Below, piece after piece: positions 9,799 through 15,559 of a stretch of 15,559 nucleotides of DNA. The translations under genes were made by a program, and so were the position numbers. The notes beneath the pieces are model-generated. The model had not been told where the DNA came from. It saw only the letters and a program-made list of their open reading frames with translations, and did no database searches. Origin of the DNA: an uncultured Candidatus Rokubacteria bacterium. Its GTDB lineage: Bacteria; Methylomirabilota; Methylomirabilia; Rokubacteriales; CSP1-6. The stretch covers positions 1 to 15,559 of the forward strand of contig CAVVEU010000009.1 of assembly GCA_963747235.1 (NCBI GenBank). The letters are read 5' to 3'. Numbering within the stretch: position 1 is the first letter of the stretch; each line of letters starts with the position of its first letter.

Positions 9799-10643
9799 AC
9801 GATCCCGCCGCGAGCGCGCGCTCGGTCACTCTTGATGTAGACCGCGATCAGGGCCACCGAGATCACGAGCAGCACGAAGGCGTTGGCGGCGCCGAACGGC
9901 CAGTCGAACACCGAGAGCACCTGCTCGTAGACCACCATCGGCAGCACGTGCACCTTGAACCCGCCCACCAGGATCGGCACCACGAAGGAGCTGATGGCGA
10001 GCGAGAAGACGAGCAGGGAGCCCGCGAGGATGCCGGGCAGCGAGAGCGGCAGCGTCACCTCGAAGAAGGCCCGGCGCGGCGAGGCCCCCAGCGTCTGCGA
10101 GGCCTCGATGAGCTGGGGCTCGATGCGCTTCAGCACCCCGGTGAGCGAGAGCACCATGAAGGGCAGGAAGACGTGCACGAGCGCCAGGGTGACGCCGAAC
10201 TTGTTGTACATGAGCGGCAGCGGCTTGGTGATCCACCCGTGCTGCACGAGCGTGGCGTTGATGAGGCCGCGGTCGGCGAGCAGGATCATCCAGCCGTAGC
10301 AGCGGATGACGATGCCGACCAGCAGCGGCGACAGGATGAAGACGATCAGGAGCGGCTTCCAGCGCGAGCGGGTCAGGGCCAGGTGGTAGGCCAGCGGATA
10401 GCCCAGGAGGAGCGAGGCCACCGTGGTGAGCACGCCCAGCCACAGGGTGTCCGCGAGCACGGTCAGGTAGTACGTGTCGGTGAAGAAGTGGATGTAGTGC
10501 TGCGGGGTGAAGGACCACTCGAGCTGCCCGTACGACTGGCGCGAGAAGCTGATGGCGAGCATCAGCAGGAGCGGGGCCATGAAGAAGACCACGAGCAGCA
10601 GGACGTAGGGCCCCAGCAGCAGGACGCGGGCGCCGCGGGTCAC
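9795..10643 (-). CDS. ABC transporter permease (PotB-like)
   Basis: LGYPLAY, IRCYGWMILL..GLIN, FLPFMVL, LIEASQTLGAS, TLPLSLPG, DWPFGAA. Confidence 0.93.
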   Translation of the reverse strand: MTRGARVLLLGPYVLLLVVFFMAPLLLMLAISFSRQSYGQLEWSFTPQHYIHFFTDTYYLTVLADTLWLGVLTTVASLLLGYPLAYHLALTRSRWKPLLIVFILSPLLVGIVIRCYGWMILLADRGLINATLVQHGWITKPLPLMYNKFGVTLALVHVFLPFMVLSLTGVLKRIEPQLIEASQTLGASPRRAFFEVTLPLSLPGILAGSLLVFSLAISSFVVPILVGGFKVHVLPMVVYEQVLSVFDWPFGAANAFVLLVISVALIAVYIKSDRARARGGIV

Positions 10644-10646
10644 GGG

Positions 10647-11321
10647 TCAGCGGCCGAGCAGCTCCGCGGCCACGCGGGCCACGAGCAGGTTCGCCACCAG
10701 GGTGGGCGCGCCGGTGAGCGCGGCGATCTCGTCGCGCGTCTTCCGGCGGAAGCCGATGCAGTCCATGACCACGAGGCCCGCGTGTCCGGCCCGCAGCGCG
10801 TCGGCGGCGCGGCGGACCGCGGCCGGGTCGTTCTCCTCGTAGGGCGAGAGCGGGGCCACGTGCGCGTCGAAGCCCGAGGCGCGCCACCGCGCGATGGTCT
10901 GCGGCACGTGGCGCTCGGACGGCGTCAGCACGCCCAGGCGCCCGGGGAAGACCATCGCGCGGAGGAGGCCCAGCAGGAGCTGCTGCGGCTCGAGGAACGG
11001 CCGGCGCGCGGCGAGCTTCGGGAACTCGCCGGTGCAGAGCAGCACGTTCAGCGCGGTGCCCCGGTCCTCGAGCGCGGCGATCTTCGCCTCGATGCGCGGC
11101 GATCATCTTGGACTTGCCGACGAAGACCGAGGAGCCGTCGGCCAGCCGGGTGACCAGGATCTCGTCGTCGCCCTCGGGGGCGAGGGGCTCCATCTGCGCC
11201 CGCGTGAGCCCGTCGAGCGCGCCCGCCTCGATGATCTCGACGTCGCTCCCCAGGATCGCCGCCATGTCCGGCACCACGTCGCTGCGCGGCGCCTGTCCCA
11301 CCGTGATCAATCCGACCTTGG

Positions 11322-11325
<4 letters not shown>
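10647..11325 (-). CDS. AroM-family protein; frameshift near 11100
   Basis: GLITVGQAPRSDV, GALDGL and LVTRLADGS in the first frame. LLCTGEFP, LGVLTP..Q..RW, SPY and VMDCIGF in the second. Removing one G gives KMIPRIEAKIAALE, about 225 aa. Confidence 0.85.
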
Positions 11326-12406
<1,081 letters not shown>

Positions 12407-12410
<4 letters not shown>

Positions 12411-13438
12411 CGCATCTCCCGGTTCCACTTCTCCGTCCACTGCGGCCGCTGCTTGGCCACCTGGGCCCAGTCGAACAGCACGAGCTTGTCCACGTCGGCC
12501 GGCCCGCCGATGATCTTCTTCGCCACGTCCGCGGGCACCTTCACCGTCTTGTTGGTCGGGCTCCAGAAGAGCTCGGTCGCGAAGGCGAGCTGCACCTCGG
12601 GCGAGAGGTAGGCGTCGATGAACTTCCACGCCAGCTCCTTGTTCTTCGAGCCCTTCGTGACCTGGACGATCTGGTCGAGGATCGGCAGGCCCTCGCTGGG
12701 GGCGACCCAGTCCACCGGGATGCCGCGCTTCTGCAGGTCGTAGGTGGAGGCGTCGTGGAGCACCGCGATCACGACTTCCTTCTGCTCGAGCTGCTTCTCC
12801 ACGGTGCCGGTGAAGTCCACCAGCTTGGGCTGGGCGCGCTTGATGGCGGCGACCCCGGCGTCGATGTCGAAGTAGTCCTTGCCGAAGATCTTCGAGATCG
12901 ATGAAGAGGAAGTTGATGCCGAGCGTGTTGCCGATGACGTAGGTGGCCCGCTTGCCCACGTAGGCCTCGTCCCAGAAGTCCTTCCAGGAGGTCGGCTTCT
13001 TGAGGCCCGGATGTCGGTGCGGTAGGCGAGGCCGATGCGGCCCCAGAACATGGCGAGGCTCGTGTCGCCGATCAGCGCCTTCGGGTAGAGGTTCTTGATG
13101 TTGGGCGCCAGGGTCTCGTTGCGCTTCTCGAAGAAGCCGCGCTCGCGCGGGATCGGGAAGGCCGGCTCGTTGCCGAAGACCACGTCGTACGGCGGATTGT
13201 CGGGGCCGGCGGCCAGGAGCTTCGCCACCCACTCGGTGGTGATCCCGGTGACGACCTCGACCTTCACGTTGTGCTTCTTCTCGAAGGGCTCGACGAGCGC
13301 CTTCTTCATCACCTCCGACCAGCGGCCGCCGTAGCCGGTGACCACGAGGGTGGTCTGCTGGGCCTGGGCGGGGAGCATCGGGAGGAGGAGCGTGCCGGCC
13401 AGGATCGCGATCAGGACGACGGTCAGGCGACTTCTCAT
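12407..13438 (-). CDS. ABC transporter substrate-binding protein (PotD/PotF-like); two compensating frameshifts (about 13008 and 12900)
   Basis: Signal peptide MRSRLTVVLIAILAGTLLLPMLPAQA with GGAGG RBS. YGG..FEKKHNVKV, KPTSWKDFWD (shifted segment), PSEG, KNKELAWKFIDAYLSPEVQ, WTEKWN. Confidence 0.9.
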
Positions 13439-13533
13439 GAGCAGGCCTCCACTGAGGGCGCGATGAAGAAACGGGCAGGGCGAGTCATCGATGTGGCCTC
13501 TGCTTTTCTCACGAACCCCACCGATGTTCAAGG

Positions 13534-13968
13534 CTACAGCGTTTTCAGGACCTCGGCCGGCCAGGCGCGGGCATCCACGCGGGCATGCCACTCCTTGATC
13601 TTGCCGTCCCGATCGATCACCACCCCGACGCGCTGCGCGCCCTTCTGCGGGTCGGCGTTGGCGCCGTAGGCGGTGCCGATCGTCCGGTCGGTGTCGCAGA
13701 TCAGGGGGAAGTTGAAGGAGAACTTCTCGGCGAACTGCTTGTTCTCGGCGGGGGTGTCGAAGGACACCCCGAGGATCACCGCGTTCTTGCTGTCGTACTC
13801 GGCCTTGAGGTCGCGGAACCCGCAACCCTCGGCGGTTCAGCCCGGCGTGTCGGCCTTGGGGTAGAACCAGAGCACGACCGTCTTGCCCTTGAAGTCCGCG
13901 AGCTTCACCGGGTTGCCGTTGTGATCGCGGCCGGTGAAATCCGGCGCCTTGTCTCCTGGGTTGAGCAT
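13534..13968 (-). CDS. bcp: BCP/PrxQ peroxiredoxin, selenocysteine-containing (UGA at codon 44), 144 aa
   Basis: Manual translation: MLNPGDKAPDFTGRDHNGNPVKLADFKGKTVVLWFYPKADTPG-U-TAEGCGFRDLKAEYDSKNAVILGVSFD...FPLICD...AQRVGVVID. AAGGAG RBS before ATG 13968, TGA at 13839-13837. Confidence 0.92.
13807..13830 (-). promoter_or_regulatory. Candidate bacterial SECIS element
   Basis: GAGGGUUGCGG-GUU-CCGCGACCUC hairpin starts 6 nt after the UGA, with the apical loop about 17 nt downstream and G first in the loop. It resembles the E. coli fdhF SECIS core GGUUGCAGGUCUGCACC. Confidence 0.75.
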
Positions 13969-14004
13969 GAGGTCTCCTTGGTACCCGCCGGCGCGGGACG
14001 GTGT

Positions 14005-14397
14005 CTAGGCGCAGCCGGCGCGGGGGGTTCCCGGCGCCCGCCGGGGCACGAGGGTGCAGGCGAAGGTGGCCGGCTGCTTGCGGTGCTGCTCGAGCAGGGC
14101 CGAGAGCCGCGCCAGGGTCCGATCGCGCTTGGCGAGGCCGATGCCGTAGATGGCCAGGTCGTTCACGAGCCGGAGATAGAACACGTGCTGGGCGTCCGCT
14201 CCAGCGCCCATGCAGGGCGTGGGCTTCTCGGCCAGCCGCAGCAGGGGGCCGAACGCCCGCGTGTACTCCTGGAGGGTGGGCTCGTCGCGCAGGTCGCGGG
14301 GCACCTCGGGAAACCGGGCCAGGAGCTCGTCCACCGACATCGGCCCCGCGGCGGCGCGCCCCCGTTGTTCGAGGTCTGGCATGCGGCGGATCTGCAT
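14005..14397 (-). CDS. Hypothetical protein (about 130 aa; alternative start 14340)
   Basis: Protein-like composition (MSVDELLARFPEVP...FYLRLVNDLAIYGIGL), GC-rich third positions, GGAGG upstream of ATG 14397. It fills the gap between bcp and the divergent cupin. Confidence 0.7.
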   Translation of the reverse strand: MQIRRMPDLEQRGRAAAGPMSVDELLARFPEVPRDLRDEPTLQEYTRAFGPLLRLAEKPTPCMGAGADAQHVFYLRLVNDLAIYGIGLAKRDRTLARLSALLEQHRKQPATFACTLVPRRAPGTPRAGCA

Positions 14398-14438
14398 GGT
14401 GTGGGCCCTCCGCCCGCAAGTATAGCCGGTTGGTGATG

Positions 14439-14467
14439 TTGACGCTCGCGGAGCCGCGGCGTACGGT
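14439..14467 (+). promoter_or_regulatory. Putative sigma70 promoter for the cupin gene
   Basis: TTGACG-17 nt-TACGGT, then GGGAGG RBS and ATG 14489. An opposite-strand TATACT at 14424-14419 could serve the divergent hypothetical-bcp unit. Confidence 0.5.
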
Positions 14468-14488
14468 GGCGAACGGGAGGGACGGACC

Positions 14489-15016
14489 ATGAACGCCATG
14501 CGCGCGCTGGACCTCGACCAGATCACCGCCATCATCGGGGGGGCCACGAAGCCGGTCAACGTGCTCTGGCAGACCGACGACTCGATCGCCTTCGTGGCGC
14601 GCGGCCGCGAGGGCCGGAGCGAGTTCCACGTGGATCCGAGCGACGAGGTGATGTACATGATCCGCGGTGACATGAACCTGCACTACCGCACGCCCGACGG
14701 CGCCGAGAAGGTCGCGGTGATCCGGGAGGGTGAGATCCTGCACTGCCCGGCGGGCACCCCGCACTCGCCGCGCTTCCCCGCGGACGCCTACGTGCTGGTG
14801 CTGGAGCGCAAGCGGCGGGCGGGCGAGCAGGATCGCTTCCTCTGGTACTGCCCGGCGTGCGACGCCCCGCTCCACGAGGCGGTGCGGCAGGTGGGCGACT
14901 GGCGCGACGATCCGGTGTCCGAGGTCTACGCGGAGTTCTACGGCTCCGCCTCGCACCGCACGTGCCGCAAGTGCGGGCACGTGGCGCCGGGTCGGCCCGC
15001 GCCGGTCACCGGGTAG
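14489..15016 (+). CDS. 3-hydroxyanthranilate 3,4-dioxygenase-like cupin
   Basis: R..FHVDPSDE (His/Glu Fe ligands), PAGTPHSP, LVLERKR and the rubredoxin-like pairs WYCPAC...RTCRKCG characteristic of HAO/NbaC. Confidence 0.8.
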   Translation: MNAMRALDLDQITAIIGGATKPVNVLWQTDDSIAFVARGREGRSEFHVDPSDEVMYMIRGDMNLHYRTPDGAEKVAVIREGEILHCPAGTPHSPRFPADAYVLVLERKRRAGEQDRFLWYCPACDAPLHEAVRQVGDWRDDPVSEVYAEFYGSASHRTCRKCGHVAPGRPAPVTG

Positions 15017-15140
15017 CGTCTGCGCCTCGCGCCGGACGTTCATGGCTGGTCGGGCGACGCTCCGGGGCCTGGCGCCGAATTGACACGTTGTTCACGACTT
15101 GTCCCTCGATCCCTGCGAAGCTAGGGAGGAGGAGGGGACC

Positions 15141-15559
15141 ATGTCCAGGACGGCAAGGGGAGTGCTGGGCGCCGCAGCCGCGTGGCTGCTGGTGGTAGGC
15201 GGCGCGGCCGGATCTGACGCGGCGACCGAGACGGAGCTGCAGTCCGCCGTCTTCCGCGCCAAGCCGGCCGTCGTCATGGTCGCGGTCCGCGTCAGCGCGA
15301 CCTCGACGGTGCGCTGTGGTGCGGGCGGCGAGACGGTCGTGCAGCCGGGCGCGATCGGGGAGCTCGGGAGCGGCTCCATCATCCATCCCGACGGCTGGAT
15401 CGTGACGAACGGGCACGTCGTCCAGCCCTACCAGGAGGGCGCCGCGGGCGCCTTCGCGACCGAGCTGCTCGAGCGATCGGTGGCGTCGGCCTGCGCCGCC
15501 GAGCTCGACGTCCTGCCCACCGCCGCCCGGGCGCAGCGCATCCGGGCGCTCGCCGACGC
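15141..15559 (+). CDS. Secreted trypsin-like (S1C) serine protease, 5' part, truncated by window end
   Basis: Not in the ORF track because it has no stop. GGAGGAGG RBS, signal peptide MSRTARGVLGAAAAWLLVV, AKPAVVMV, GSGSIIHPDGWIVTNGHVV (catalytic His motif). Confidence 0.85.
   Translation, partial: MSRTARGVLGAAAAWLLVVGGAAGSDAATETELQSAVFRAKPAVVMVAVRVSATSTVRCGAGGETVVQPGAIGELGSGSIIHPDGWIVTNGHVVQPYQEGAAGAFATELLERSVASACAAELDVLPTAARAQRIRALAD

Noticed and set aside
13969-14007. TAG of the hypothetical is in frame with bcp across a stop-free 36-nt spacer (possible read-through or pyrrolysine fusion)
   Set aside because: In-frame by chance about one time in three. bcp has its own strong AAGGAG RBS and a canonical N-terminus, and there is no other evidence.
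15080-15110. TTGACA perfect -35 upstream of the protease
   Set aside because: No plausible -10 at 16-18 nt spacing, so it is not called a promoter.

Overview
High-GC bacterial window, gene-dense. In order: an M48 lipoprotein peptidase (-), msrPQ (+), a stand-alone Nfu/NifU-C protein (-), a membrane PAS-GAF-GAF hybrid histidine kinase (-), and a translationally coupled seven-gene catabolic operon (-). The operon encodes a PotD/A/B/C-like ABC importer, an AroM-family protein, a DUF917 protein and a hydantoinase/oxoprolinase A-type subunit. After it come a BCP/PrxQ peroxiredoxin (-), a Cys-containing hypothetical (-), a divergent 3-hydroxyanthranilate-dioxygenase-like cupin (+) and the start of a trypsin-like protease (+). 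Main hidden signal: the peroxiredoxin has an in-frame UGA exactly at the peroxidatic Cys, followed by an fdhF-like SECIS hairpin, so it is very probably a selenoprotein that the ORF track truncates. Second: the AroM-DUF917-hydantoinase A-ABC operon looks like a poorly characterised pathway for uptake, racemisation and ring opening of a cyclic amide or (thio)hydantoin. Five genes carry single-base frameshifts, most likely sequencing or assembly errors. Three copies of a REP-like palindromic repeat are present, one translated as the MsrQ tail. Family assignments come from motif recognition, not database searches.
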